Positions 1-9,264 of a stretch of 27,474 nucleotides of DNA are shown piece after piece. The DNA is from a virus (lineage: Duplodnaviria > Caudoviricetes). Below the pieces are notes generated by a model that worked only from the letters and a program-made list of their open reading frames with translations, ran no database searches and had not been told where the DNA came from. The DNA lies in IMG/VR virus record IMGVR_UViG_3300017766_000946, positions 1 to 27,474 of that record; one strand, written 5' to 3'. Positions within the stretch are counted from its first letter, which is position 1; the number at the start of each line of letters is the position of its first letter. The position numbers and the translations under genes are program-made.

Positions 1-930
1 TTAACAGCTATGTCTGGTAATAAAAAAGCATTTACTCGTAAAGAAGCATTTTCTATTATGTTTGGTCATTTAGCTTTATATGGTATGGCTAATAATGGTT
101 TCCCAAATGTTGTAGAAGAGATGATTGGTACAAGTATGGACGATCTTGGTATGACGAGAGAACAGCGTCTATACATGACTGAAGGAATTATAGCAGGTCT
201 TATTAATAGCGGCAGCTTAATGACTAGTGGTGAGCGTCTTGAAATAGGTTTTGGCGAACGATTTAATACCTTTGACTTCTATAAAGAGTTTGTAAATGAC
301 ATAGTTACAGGTAAAAAATCAGCATTAGAACTTGTATTAGGACCAACAGCAAACACATTAACACGTGTACAAGGCTTTAAAGAAATAGCTAGATTGTGGA
401 TACATGATCCTGATGTTGGTGTGGATACAGTTAAAGACACATTATATATGTTAGGTACTAGTTCAGTAAGTACACTGTCTAACTTAGATAAAGCACTTAT
501 TGCACACAACAACCATAACTTTATTATGTCTAAAGCTAAAGAGCCTATAGCTAGAGCTACTGATGGAGAATTGTTATTCCAAGCAATTGGTATTCCTCCT
601 GCTGAAGTAGCAGACTTCTATAGACTGACAGAAAGTCGTAAAGAATATAAAGTGAAATTAGATAATATTGTTAAAACATATAAAGCTATGCAACTTAATG
701 CTATGCAAGCTTTAAAAAATGGTGATAAACAAAGTGCTGATAGATATATAGGTATATTAAATTCTTTAACTAGAGGTATGTCTGTTAATGATTATAACTA
801 TGTGTTTGAACAAAGTAGACTAGATTTTACTGACAGTGCATTACATAAACTTTTAACAGAGCAAATGCTAGAGAATTTCCAAGGTCGTAAAGCACTTGTT
901 ACTAATAACAATCCTACAGAGGTTAAATAA
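1..930 (+). CDS. C-terminal part of a large virion-associated (probably internal/ejection) protein, 5'-truncated
   Basis: Frame is open from base 1 (TTA ACA GCT ATG...), so the ATG at 10 is probably internal. The stop overlaps the next start (TAATG). Function is inferred from position at the end of the structural arm. Confidence 0.55.
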   Translation, partial: LTAMSGNKKAFTRKEAFSIMFGHLALYGMANNGFPNVVEEMIGTSMDDLGMTREQRLYMTEGIIAGLINSGSLMTSGERLEIGFGERFNTFDFYKEFVNDIVTGKKSALELVLGPTANTLTRVQGFKEIARLWIHDPDVGVDTVKDTLYMLGTSSVSTLSNLDKALIAHNNHNFIMSKAKEPIARATDGELLFQAIGIPPAEVADFYRLTESRKEYKVKLDNIVKTYKAMQLNAMQALKNGDKQSADRYIGILNSLTRGMSVNDYNYVFEQSRLDFTDSALHKLLTEQMLENFQGRKALVTNNNPTEVK

Positions 931-3110
931 TGGCTAATATTTTTGGTGTAGACATGGGTGGTCCTTCCCAAGTAGCTGCTGCAGATACACGTTCTGCAGT
1001 TAGTGGTATTGAAATGGGTGGTAGACTTGCTGCGAATGCTATATCTTTTTTAGGTGGGCTTGCAAGTCAAACATACACTGCTGTAAAAGATGTAAACATG
1101 GAACAACAATTAAGAGCTAATAAAGAAGCTTTTACACAGTTTGAAGCAAAACAACAACTTGGTCAAGCACAACAAGGGTTACAACAAGCTTTAGAAGAAA
1201 GAGGTAAACTTGCTTCTGGTGGTCAAGTTAATAAACTTAAAGAACAAGATGAACTTATCAGTAGGTTTTCTAATGAAACAGCTAGATTAGAAGATGCTCT
1301 TGCCAATAAACAAATATCATTAGGTAGATATTTAGGTAATGTACAGGCTTTAACTAAACAATGGATTTCACAATTCCCCGGTCGTGCTGATGAAATTAGG
1401 CAGCAAGTAGGTCAACTAACAGGCATTAAGAATGCTGATGATTTTGCATATCAAACATATTTAGAACGAGAAATGGATATGCAGCAGAAAACTAGAGCGT
1501 TAGCTATTGAAGAAGCTAAACGTATAAATGCTTTACAGGAAAAAGATGCAGATGCATTAGTTAAATCTGGTGAATATCCAGATCATGTTTCAGCATTACG
1601 TGATGTTAAATCAGGTAAAGCAGCAGATTCTTTATTTAGAGTACAAAAAATAAATCAACTAGATACAGCTACACAATCACTAGAAAAAGATATTAAAAAT
1701 AAAAATATATCTGCAGATCAAAAAGCTGCTTCTGCAGGTAGTTTAGCTTTTATAAACGCTAGTAAAACTATCATTACTAATGATAAGCAATTTGCTCCTA
1801 TCATTGCTAAACTTCCTCAATATAAAAATCCTGATGGAACATGGAACTTAGCTAAATTAGGTGCTGCTAAAGATGAACTTGCTCCAGTAGTAGGACAACT
1901 TACTGCTGCAGTTAGAAATAGCTTTGAAGCAAGTGCAGAAACATTGCGTATGGAACTTATTTCTACAGGCGCAACTAATGTAGATGAAAAAGTAAAACAA
2001 ATATATGCTCAAGGCGAAACATTTATTAAGAACTTAGAAAGTACAGATAGCGTACTTGCTATGAATACTATTGATAAACTTATTGCTAATAAACGACTTA
2101 GCCTTAAAGATAGTTTTGAAAGTATACAGGCTAGTAGTCAACTAATTACTGCTTATCAAGGCAGTAAGTTTATGGGTATGTATAATGATCCTTCTCAACG
2201 AGAAGCATTAAAAACACAATATCCTGAAGTATATAATTTATTAGATACTAATTTAAAAAATATTACTGGTTCTAGTAATCAAGTGCAAGCAATGCTTGGT
2301 AGTAGTGCTGTACAGCAAATTACTAATGCAGAAAAAGACATGGCTGTTAATGGGCAGCTTCCTACTACAACTACTCCTGCACAAGCTAAACAAAACTCTG
2401 AGGTAGCTGAAATTGTAGGTAAGTCTGCTTTAGAAAGTTTAGCATTAAGAAAAGAAATGCCAACACAAGAAAATGCTAACTTAACAGCTTCATATGTTCA
2501 AACTGCTATACAGGATAGAGGACCACGATTAAACAATATTCTTAAAGAAGAAGCTACAATTAAAGCAGCTATTGACAATATGCCTGAAGGTATTAAAGCA
2601 CAATATTTAGCTACTATTAATAGACATATTGAGAATGTAATTAGCCCACAAGGTCAACTAGCTAATAATGTAGGTATATTATCTAAAGTTAGAAAGTCTG
2701 CTAGTGAAACAATTCCTAAAGACAGTAATGGTAATCCACAGTCTTTAATTAAATTACAAGTAGATGCTAATGGTTTTATTACTCCATTAGTAGAACCTAA
2801 CCCTGCTTATAAAGCACCTAGAGGATTGTTAGAAGGTGTTACACCACAAGGTAAAGCTCCTACATCAAGAACAGGTATGACAACTGTTCCTGCTCCTACT
2901 GCTAGACCTAATGTATATTCAATTGAAAGTAATAAAGAATTTGTTAATGTAAATAGAGAAATAAACAATGTTGTTACAATTGCTGCCGTAGCTAGTGCTA
3001 CAGAACGTAAAGCAATGGCACAAAGATTTGTGGAGGCATATAACAATGCGCCAACTACTTCTGGCTCTGGTTCTAATGACAGCAACTGGTTTAAATCTTA
3101 CGGGAAATAA
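930..3110 (+). CDS. Putative internal virion (ejection) protein, 726 aa
   Basis: Long Ala/Gln/Lys-rich helical-looking ORF, coupled to the upstream gene and adjacent to a transglycosylase. No catalytic motif recognised. Confidence 0.55.
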   Translation: MANIFGVDMGGPSQVAAADTRSAVSGIEMGGRLAANAISFLGGLASQTYTAVKDVNMEQQLRANKEAFTQFEAKQQLGQAQQGLQQALEERGKLASGGQVNKLKEQDELISRFSNETARLEDALANKQISLGRYLGNVQALTKQWISQFPGRADEIRQQVGQLTGIKNADDFAYQTYLEREMDMQQKTRALAIEEAKRINALQEKDADALVKSGEYPDHVSALRDVKSGKAADSLFRVQKINQLDTATQSLEKDIKNKNISADQKAASAGSLAFINASKTIITNDKQFAPIIAKLPQYKNPDGTWNLAKLGAAKDELAPVVGQLTAAVRNSFEASAETLRMELISTGATNVDEKVKQIYAQGETFIKNLESTDSVLAMNTIDKLIANKRLSLKDSFESIQASSQLITAYQGSKFMGMYNDPSQREALKTQYPEVYNLLDTNLKNITGSSNQVQAMLGSSAVQQITNAEKDMAVNGQLPTTTTPAQAKQNSEVAEIVGKSALESLALRKEMPTQENANLTASYVQTAIQDRGPRLNNILKEEATIKAAIDNMPEGIKAQYLATINRHIENVISPQGQLANNVGILSKVRKSASETIPKDSNGNPQSLIKLQVDANGFITPLVEPNPAYKAPRGLLEGVTPQGKAPTSRTGMTTVPAPTARPNVYSIESNKEFVNVNREINNVVTIAAVASATERKAMAQRFVEAYNNAPTTSGSGSNDSNWFKSYGK

Positions 3111-3114
3111 TACT

Positions 3115-3702
3115 ATGGCAGATTGGACAGAACTTAATAAGTTATCACCACAAGAACTAGCTAAGATTCAATATAACGATCCTAGACTTGATAGTTTCTC
3201 TACTGCTGTAGAACAACGCTATCAGCTTCCTCCGGGGCTTATAGAAGCTGTAAAGAATGCAGGAGAGCGTTCTAACACTAACCAAGTGTCTCCTAAAGGT
3301 GCTAAAGGTGTTATGCAGTTTATGGATTCCACAAGGAAGATATATCCACACGATTATAACAATCCAATGGAGTCTATAAATGCTGCAGGTATGTATTTTA
3401 GAGACTTAATGAAACAATATAATGGTAATGCTAAAGCAGCTATATCAGCTTATAATGGTGGTACAAAAGCAGGTAAAGCTGTATTAGCAGGTCAAGATGC
3501 TCCTAGTGCCGAGACTAGAAACTATTGGACAAATATATACAACTATTTAGATAAGAAAAGTGCTACTCAACAACAGCAACAACCTGTTACTAGTAACGAG
3601 ACATTTATGAAAAAAGCAGAAAGAGTGATGAAGGGTGAACTAGCTAGTGATGTATTTGAAGGAAAGAAAAGGGAGACTAGCTCCCCTTCCACTAAACCTT
3701 AA
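3115..3702 (+). CDS. Lytic transglycosylase (SLT domain), about 195 aa
   Basis: Motifs AGERSN (likely catalytic Glu), SPKGAKGVMQFM and AISAYNGG. The ATG at 3115 follows the upstream stop by 4 nt and is preferred over the track's 2995 start. Confidence 0.85.
   Translation: MADWTELNKLSPQELAKIQYNDPRLDSFSTAVEQRYQLPPGLIEAVKNAGERSNTNQVSPKGAKGVMQFMDSTRKIYPHDYNNPMESINAAGMYFRDLMKQYNGNAKAAISAYNGGTKAGKAVLAGQDAPSAETRNYWTNIYNYLDKKSATQQQQQPVTSNETFMKKAERVMKGELASDVFEGKKRETSSPSTKP
3663..3688 (-). terminator. Rho-independent terminator at the convergence of the two arms
   Basis: Minus strand reads AAGGGGAG-CTAGT-CTCCCTTT followed by TCTTT, 3 nt after the stop of the last minus-strand ORF. Confidence 0.6.
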
Positions 3703-3871
3703 CGATGTTATAGCCAACGTCTTTCATGTCTTTAATGGATACGTGTCCACTAGATAATGGGAGATGTTCTCTAAAGAAGTTACGTAAAGAAGCTCGTGCA
3801 TCATCATATGTGTGGAAAACCTGCTTTAAGCTCTGAGGTGTTCTTCCATTCTCTACTTTTATCTTGTACAT
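3692..3871 (-). CDS. Hypothetical protein, 59 aa (MYKIKVENGRTPQSLKQVFHTYDDAR...), not in the ORF track
   Basis: Manual translation; GGAGG RBS 6 nt before ATG; TAG at 3692-3694 just ahead of the terminator. Confidence 0.7.
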   Translation of the reverse strand: MYKIKVENGRTPQSLKQVFHTYDDARASLRNFFREHLPLSSGHVSIKDMKDVGYNIVKV

Positions 3872-4127
3872 TTTGTTCCTCCAATTTATTAATTAAATAC
3901 TCAAGGTAGTGTTTACATTTCTTCAAGTCTTCTAAAGGCTTACCTTTGTCTTTATGTCTTAGTAAATACTTTAAAGCATTTGCTTCCCAAGGATTCATGT
4001 CATATGCTTCCCACACTTCCCAAGGCTGTATACTACGCTTAACATAATGATTGCCGCCTATCTGGTAAGTCACAGAATTAATCTTTTGGCTTGAGGAGTG
4101 ACGGTAATCTGTTTGCTTTTCGCTCAT
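3804..4127 (-). CDS. DUF3310/SaV-like protein (related to T7 gp1.7-type nucleotide kinase)
   Basis: Signature QIGGNHY...IQPW...NALKYLLR...KG...EDLKKCKHYL. Confidence 0.75.
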   Translation of the reverse strand: MSEKQTDYRHSSSQKINSVTYQIGGNHYVKRSIQPWEVWEAYDMNPWEANALKYLLRHKDKGKPLEDLKKCKHYLEYLINKLEEQNVQDKSREWKNTSELKAGFPHI

Positions 4128-4272
4128 GTTCTAAACTATCCTCCAATATCTTTAACATACCAACCTGAATAATAAGCTGCATAAATTCAGGACTAATATC
4201 TTTTAACTCTACATCTGCACTACCATCTTCATTCTCTACAATTCTACCTACAGTGAAGGCATCTTTAGTCAT
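4078..4272 (-). CDS. Hypothetical protein, 64 aa
   Basis: AAGGA RBS; overlaps both neighbours in the operon. Confidence 0.65.
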   Translation of the reverse strand: MTKDAFTVGRIVENEDGSADVELKDISPEFMQLIIQVGMLKILEDSLEHERKANRLPSLLKPKD

Positions 4273-4777
4273 CTTTTAAATCCTTTCTTAGAGACTTCTT
4301 AGCATTAGATACAAGGTTTTGGGCATAGCCCTTTGAGCATTGTAACACATTACATATTTCCTTGTAAGACATACCATCAAATTCTCTATACAGCAAAGCA
4401 TCTTGTTGTATCTTAGGCAACTTCTTTAAGAATGATGTAGCCTGTGAAAGCTCTTCCTTAAGCTCTAGGTGACGTTCTGGAGTGTAGTCTGTGTAGGAGT
4501 CTACTTCCTCTCCAAAAACCTCCCTACGTAGCTTATATACCTTCCTAATACCTATCTTACATAGCCAAGTGTATAACTCACTTTCATGCCTAAAATGCTT
4601 TAAATTAGAGAAAGCACTTAGAAATGTATCTTGTGTTAAGTCTTCAGCAAGAGCATGATTATGTACTTTTTTACGTAAGAAATTTAATATACGTTTATAA
4701 TATTTGCGAGTAAGCAGAGAGTAAGCTTCCTCACTCCCTGCCACTGCTTCTGCTATTAACGTCTTATCAGATTTCAC
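4265..4777 (-). CDS. ECF-type (RpoE-like) RNA polymerase sigma factor
   Basis: Region 2 motif AEDLTQDTFLSAF...F...S.LYTWL..I and region 4 HTH LP..QQDAL.YREFDGMSYKEI..VL; 170 aa; GTG start. Confidence 0.85.
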   Translation of the reverse strand: MKSDKTLIAEAVAGSEEAYSLLTRKYYKRILNFLRKKVHNHALAEDLTQDTFLSAFSNLKHFRHESELYTWLCKIGIRKVYKLRREVFGEEVDSYTDYTPERHLELKEELSQATSFLKKLPKIQQDALLYREFDGMSYKEICNVLQCSKGYAQNLVSNAKKSLRKDLKDD

Positions 4778-5252
4778 AAACAGTATTATTTATCCACTCT
4801 GCAAAAAGTTTTAACTCTTTGTAAGAAGCGTTACTTTTCATTCTGTTAGCCTTATTACTAATAATCATTATGTTTCCTTTTATATAACCTTTAGTAGAAT
4901 CTATTCTATCTACAGATGGGGTAAAGTCGTTACTAGTATCAAACTTAACTTTAAACACAGGACATACGTCTGGTATGTCTATGTCTTCTAACGTAATATT
5001 AAACTCTCTATTTTGTAACAAAGCTCTATTTTTACACCTAGATAACATTTTTATACGTTGATCTGTTTGTTCCCATTGTTTTTTTGAAACAGGTTTTCTA
5101 CACGTTTTACATACTGTATTCACACCCATATAACATCCATTGTGTTTATGAAACATAGAGAATGGTAAAATTTGTTTACATTTCACACACTCTCTATGTC
5201 CATCTTTCCACAAATGAGTTTTATATAGCTCGCCTTTTTTACGTCCTCTCAT
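4767..5252 (-). CDS. HNH/His-Me finger homing-type endonuclease with N-terminal zinc finger
   Basis: CVKC...CKTC, then CPVF and PSVDRIDSTKGYIKGNIMIISNKANRMKS; AGGAGG RBS. Confidence 0.8.
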   Translation of the reverse strand: MRGRKKGELYKTHLWKDGHRECVKCKQILPFSMFHKHNGCYMGVNTVCKTCRKPVSKKQWEQTDQRIKMLSRCKNRALLQNREFNITLEDIDIPDVCPVFKVKFDTSNDFTPSVDRIDSTKGYIKGNIMIISNKANRMKSNASYKELKLFAEWINNTVCEI

Positions 5253-5302
5253 GCAACCTCCTAATAAAGTTCACATGTTTAGAGGATATGTGAATTAAAT
5301 AC

Positions 5303-7198
5303 TCACATTATTTCGCAAGAATTTCCAGTACAAGCAAGCTGCTGTGCGCCTTCAACATTATCGCTAGTCTCGATAAATGCTTCCCAATTAATCGTCTTAG
5401 GCATATTACTAGTAAGACTTTCGTAAGTAGCTTTATCAATCTCTTCGTATGGTGCTTGTTTGTAACTACCACCATCCCAAGGCAAGAATGATACACCAGA
5501 CATTTCATCAAAGTGTTCCCATACCCATGCACCTACAGATGGCCAATCCTGCTCTTTAACATATACAGTGATTGAAGGTTTATGTTCACACCAATGACGT
5601 TGATAAGCAAGCCACAACTTTAAATGTGTAAAGCTATCTAGTTCATCACGTGTAATACAACCATCAGGTGCTTTCATAGGAAAGCTAAACACTGTAGTGT
5701 CTGCAGGTTTCATTACGTCTGCTTCTGCAGGTACTCCAGAAGACTTAAGAAAGTCTGTGATAGGGTCTTTGTTATCGTTCCTAACACGCCTAATATAATA
5801 CTGAGAATGCCTAGCATGGATACCAGAGGCAGAATCCACAAGCTGAGAAACAGTACCAGAAGGTTTGACACATGTGATTGCGGCTGACTGAGGAATTTGT
5901 AACGCATATGATAGCTCCTTATTAGTTTGAACGGCTATGTCTCTCAAGCTTTCTAAGCGTGATGACAGACCATCGTCATTTACATCATTCAACAACTTAC
6001 AGTCTAAAATACCTGTAATACTTACACCTAACAATCGCTCTTCTTCCGTATTCTTTTGCCAGATTTTTCTGAGGTACGGAAAATTGGTGAGAGTAGATTG
6101 GTAAGTTCCCAAGATAGAGGCAAGTCGCACTTTATTTTGCAAGGATTCAACTGTATCTCCCTCTCTTGCGACAACCTCTGTAAGGTTACAGAATTGATAT
6201 GGACGTAATATAATTTCACTGCATGGGTTAGTTCCAAAATCATATGTACTATCTCTTCGTCCATGCTTCGCAACTGTAGCTTTAGCAGCCGCACGTGAGA
6301 ATATGCCACGTTCTCCAGAGTAGCTTTGATACAATGATAGCCACTCTGACATAAATTCCCCAACCGAGGGTCGCTCATTATAGCTTGCGCTATTGTTTGC
6401 AAGTGCTCGTTGACTTTCTCTTTCCCACCACTGTCCGGCTTTCGCATGACGCATCCTATCATCAGACAAATCAGACAAAGATATCATAGCAGAGCGTCTT
6501 ACACCACCTACTACAACAACTTCACCAATCTTACACATAATATCATGGCACTCTAAGCTTGTTAGCTTACGTCCAACTGCACCTTTAAACTTACTAGTAA
6601 CGAATTCAAACAAGCTAACTAATGGTGCAGGACCACTAGCTCTACCACCAAAGGTCTTTAATCTTGCACCTGCAGGACGTACCTTAGTAACATCCCACTT
6701 AGGAAGTTCCCCACTGTAAAGCAAAGCAATAAGCTGACGTAACGCTTTAGCCCATCCTGCTTTCGAGTCATGCACCACAATTGTAGTGTCGCTATTAAAT
6801 AGCTGCACAGGAACATCTGGAAGTTTATTAACATATTTACTCTCCACACTAAAGCCTACACCAGTGCCACACAATAAGATGTACATAGCTTCATCAAAGC
6901 TCTTAACGTCATCTACAGGCAGATAGCTACAGTTATATCCTGCAGTGTTATCACGCTCTAATGCTTCTCCTGCAGTCATTACTGCTCTCATAGAAGGCAT
7001 TACTTCTAAGTTTAGAATAGCACTATGCAACTCTTTGTACAACTCTGGTGACATAGTGTAGTTCTTACTATCTTGTAGATGATCTTTCATGAAGTTCATG
7101 TAGCGGTCTACTGTTTCATTCCAATGTTCTCTACGTTGCTTCCCGTCTAAGAAACGGGAATATCTGCTCTTTGCAATAAATGTTTGATAATTATCCAT
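5303..7198 (-). CDS. nrdJ: Class II (adenosylcobalamin-dependent) ribonucleotide reductase
   Basis: MPSMRA, YNCSY, VGGVRRSAMISL, active-site GTNPCSEI, TCVKPSGTVSQL, EHKPSIT and the C-terminal redox pair ACTGNSCEI; no R2 subunit nearby. Confidence 0.95.
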   Translation of the reverse strand: MDNYQTFIAKSRYSRFLDGKQRREHWNETVDRYMNFMKDHLQDSKNYTMSPELYKELHSAILNLEVMPSMRAVMTAGEALERDNTAGYNCSYLPVDDVKSFDEAMYILLCGTGVGFSVESKYVNKLPDVPVQLFNSDTTIVVHDSKAGWAKALRQLIALLYSGELPKWDVTKVRPAGARLKTFGGRASGPAPLVSLFEFVTSKFKGAVGRKLTSLECHDIMCKIGEVVVVGGVRRSAMISLSDLSDDRMRHAKAGQWWERESQRALANNSASYNERPSVGEFMSEWLSLYQSYSGERGIFSRAAAKATVAKHGRRDSTYDFGTNPCSEIILRPYQFCNLTEVVAREGDTVESLQNKVRLASILGTYQSTLTNFPYLRKIWQKNTEEERLLGVSITGILDCKLLNDVNDDGLSSRLESLRDIAVQTNKELSYALQIPQSAAITCVKPSGTVSQLVDSASGIHARHSQYYIRRVRNDNKDPITDFLKSSGVPAEADVMKPADTTVFSFPMKAPDGCITRDELDSFTHLKLWLAYQRHWCEHKPSITVYVKEQDWPSVGAWVWEHFDEMSGVSFLPWDGGSYKQAPYEEIDKATYESLTSNMPKTINWEAFIETSDNVEGAQQLACTGNSCEIM

Positions 7199-7359
7199 TA
7201 ATCACTTTCTACTATTTCAGGGTTAAATAAAATAAATTCTACGATACCAAGCTGTAATTGGAAGTAAACTCCTTCTACAGGTATAAGTTCAAAGCCTACA
7301 GAAAATCCAGATATAAATCTAACTGCAAATGCTAGGTTAGCTTTCGTGTTGTTTGACAT
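7198..7359 (-). CDS. Small hydrophobic hypothetical protein, 53 aa (MSNNTKANLAFAVRFISGFSVGFEL...), not in the ORF track
   Basis: Manual translation; GAGGA RBS; stop overlaps the nrdJ start (TAATG). Confidence 0.65.
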   Translation of the reverse strand: MSNNTKANLAFAVRFISGFSVGFELIPVEGVYFQLQLGIVEFILFNPEIVESD

Positions 7360-7531
7360 GTTTATCCTCTTCTTTGAGTATTACTAGTAATTGTTTTTGT
7401 GCTGCCTTACTAAGTATTGTAGTGAAGTCAATATGGTCGTATTGCTTACTCAATAAAATGTATTCAAAGTCTTTCACTGTACTATAAACCCATGCCTCTT
7501 CTAAAGCTGTGTCTAAGTCTTCACCGAACAT
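7337..7531 (-). CDS. Hypothetical protein, 64 aa
   Basis: GAGGGA RBS; tiles between neighbours. Confidence 0.6.
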   Translation of the reverse strand: MFGEDLDTALEEAWVYSTVKDFEYILLSKQYDHIDFTTILSKAAQKQLLVILKEEDKHVKQHES

Positions 7532-7887
7532 TTTGATTCCCTCTCTTCTTTAGTTTTTACTTTGTGACATGGTTTGCATAATACCTGAAAATTATCTTCT
7601 TCGCAATACATTCTTGCTATATAAACATCCCATGATATAAAGCCTTGTTGTGGGTCTACAACAGGTTCTATATGATCTATCTGAACGTCTGTACTAGTAA
7701 ATAACTTCCGACATTTTGCACACTTGTAATGCTTGGCTAGTCTACCACTCTTCTTGCTAATACGTTTGTCTACGTAAGCATTCTGTAAGGCGGCATTTCT
7801 AGGGGGATAGCGTCTTGTAGCAGAACGTAAAGCACCTACCACAAATGCTCTATATCTAGCTTCTGTCCACTTACCGCTATTTCTCAT
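7513..7887 (-). CDS. HNH endonuclease
   Basis: CAKC...QIDHIEPV...N.QVLCKPCHKVKT pattern. Confidence 0.85.
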   Translation of the reverse strand: MRNSGKWTEARYRAFVVGALRSATRRYPPRNAALQNAYVDKRISKKSGRLAKHYKCAKCRKLFTSTDVQIDHIEPVVDPQQGFISWDVYIARMYCEEDNFQVLCKPCHKVKTKEERESKCSVKT

Positions 7888-8092
7888 TGCGTTTAAAGGG
7901 ATATACTTCTGTCCATGCTGCTATGTGATTAACATCCCCACTTAAGGATACACAATAGCTATACATCCCATCTATGTGTCGAAATAGCAACATCTCTCCA
8001 TCCTCTGTCTTGATAGGAGTGTTGTTTTCTACGTTATAGAGTTTGGTTAGAGGTTGCATTTCCCAATCTCTAATGTCAATTTCACTAATCAT
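7877..8092 (-). CDS. Hypothetical protein, 71 aa
   Basis: AGGAG RBS; ATGA overlap with the thyX stop. Confidence 0.65.
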   Translation of the reverse strand: MISEIDIRDWEMQPLTKLYNVENNTPIKTEDGEMLLFRHIDGMYSYCVSLSGDVNHIAAWTEVYPFKRNEK

Positions 8093-8733
8093 ACGCTCTC
8101 CTTTAAAGATGGATAGTATTTTATTAACAATTCTTTACATTGCTCTGCTACTTCTCTATGTTCTTTCTGCGTACTAACATCAGTTCTAACTTGTATATAA
8201 TGTAACCAACTACGCACAGTTCCTTTCATATACATACGGCTCATTGTTAGACCTTCTGGTAATACTTTACGAGCTAGTTCTTTTGCTATGTTATTCTCAA
8301 CTGCCCAATGGTAGTTTTCGTTAGCTACGTCAACAACACGCATCTGACGCTTAGTCCACTCATCTTGTACCATAGCATTAGCTATTGTAGGCTCTGGAAC
8401 AATACTATTCTGTCTGTTCTTAGTATCTTGCAAACGCATCTCTGATATTTGATACGAAAGCTGTCTAGGGTCTGCATAGCGTTGACTAAACTCTTGAAAG
8501 AAGAAACTTCTATGTCTAAGTATCTGTCTAGCAATGTCTCTAGTAGTCTCTATCTCGACACACATGTCAACCATATCTAATGGACTCCAATGCTTGTTAC
8601 TAGTAAGATATTTAATTAGCTTACCTGCAGTAGCTTCATTGTCTTGATTAGATGGATTAGATACTCGTGCCATGTATGCCATAAGCTGTTCACCATTAGG
8701 TGTAGCCCATACTAAATTAACTTTACTCGTCAT
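8089..8733 (-). CDS. thyX: FAD-dependent thymidylate synthase
   Basis: ThyX motif RQILRHRSFFFQEFSQRY, plus HWSP, ELARKVLP and TQKEHREVA. Confidence 0.95.
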   Translation of the reverse strand: MTSKVNLVWATPNGEQLMAYMARVSNPSNQDNEATAGKLIKYLTSNKHWSPLDMVDMCVEIETTRDIARQILRHRSFFFQEFSQRYADPRQLSYQISEMRLQDTKNRQNSIVPEPTIANAMVQDEWTKRQMRVVDVANENYHWAVENNIAKELARKVLPEGLTMSRMYMKGTVRSWLHYIQVRTDVSTQKEHREVAEQCKELLIKYYPSLKESV

Positions 8734-8950
8734 ATGTTCCTGCTACGCTATACCAAGAACGTACACGTTTCATAGCTTTAACCATCTTTTTAATCTGACG
8801 TATGTCTTCTTGTTCGTCTATACTAAATGTGCCACAACTAAAGCCACCATTCTTATATGATTTTAAATCTGCTTCAAAATAACCAATAGCCTTAGTAAGT
8901 TCTTCTGCCATAAGTTTTTCAAAGTCTTCAACTTCAATATCTATTAGCAT
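8723..8950 (-). CDS. Hypothetical protein, 75 aa
   Basis: AGGAG RBS; tiles in the operon. Confidence 0.65.
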   Translation of the reverse strand: MLIDIEVEDFEKLMAEELTKAIGYFEADLKSYKNGGFSCGTFSIDEQEDIRQIKKMVKAMKRVRSWYSVAGTYDE

Positions 8951-9080
8951 GGTCTTCTCCTTTGTGTACGTAGTGTTTAATATCTCGAATAGATTCTATA
9001 TCACGAATGTTATTAATAATCTCCCTCTTCCTCGCCTTGCCACGTTTCTCCAAGTCTAACGTACTCTTCGTAACCTTCAT
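8934..9080 (-). CDS. Small basic hypothetical protein, about 48 aa (MKVTKSTLDLEKRGK...)
   Basis: Fills the gap between neighbours; start moved from the track's 9125 to the ATG at 9080 to reduce overlap. Confidence 0.5.
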   Translation of the reverse strand: MKVTKSTLDLEKRGKARKREIINNIRDIESIRDIKHYVHKGEDHANRY

Positions 9081-9264
9081 TTGTTTCTTCTTTAGTGTAG
9101 TCATCTTCTTCAAAAAATTTATCATAGTTAGCTACTAAAACATCAGGTAGAAGTTTCATTATATCCTCTACTGACAACCCAAGTACATCAACTAAATCTG
9201 CAGCATCACAAAAATTCTCTTGTACAAACTCTGTCACTGCAATAAGCTTTTCATGATACTTCAT
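9013..9264 (-). CDS. Acidic hypothetical protein, 83 aa (MKYHEKL...)
   Basis: GGAGGA RBS before the ATG at 9264. Confidence 0.65.
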   Translation of the reverse strand: MKYHEKLIAVTEFVQENFCDAADLVDVLGLSVEDIMKLLPDVLVANYDKFFEEDDYTKEETNEGYEEYVRLGETWQGEEEGDY

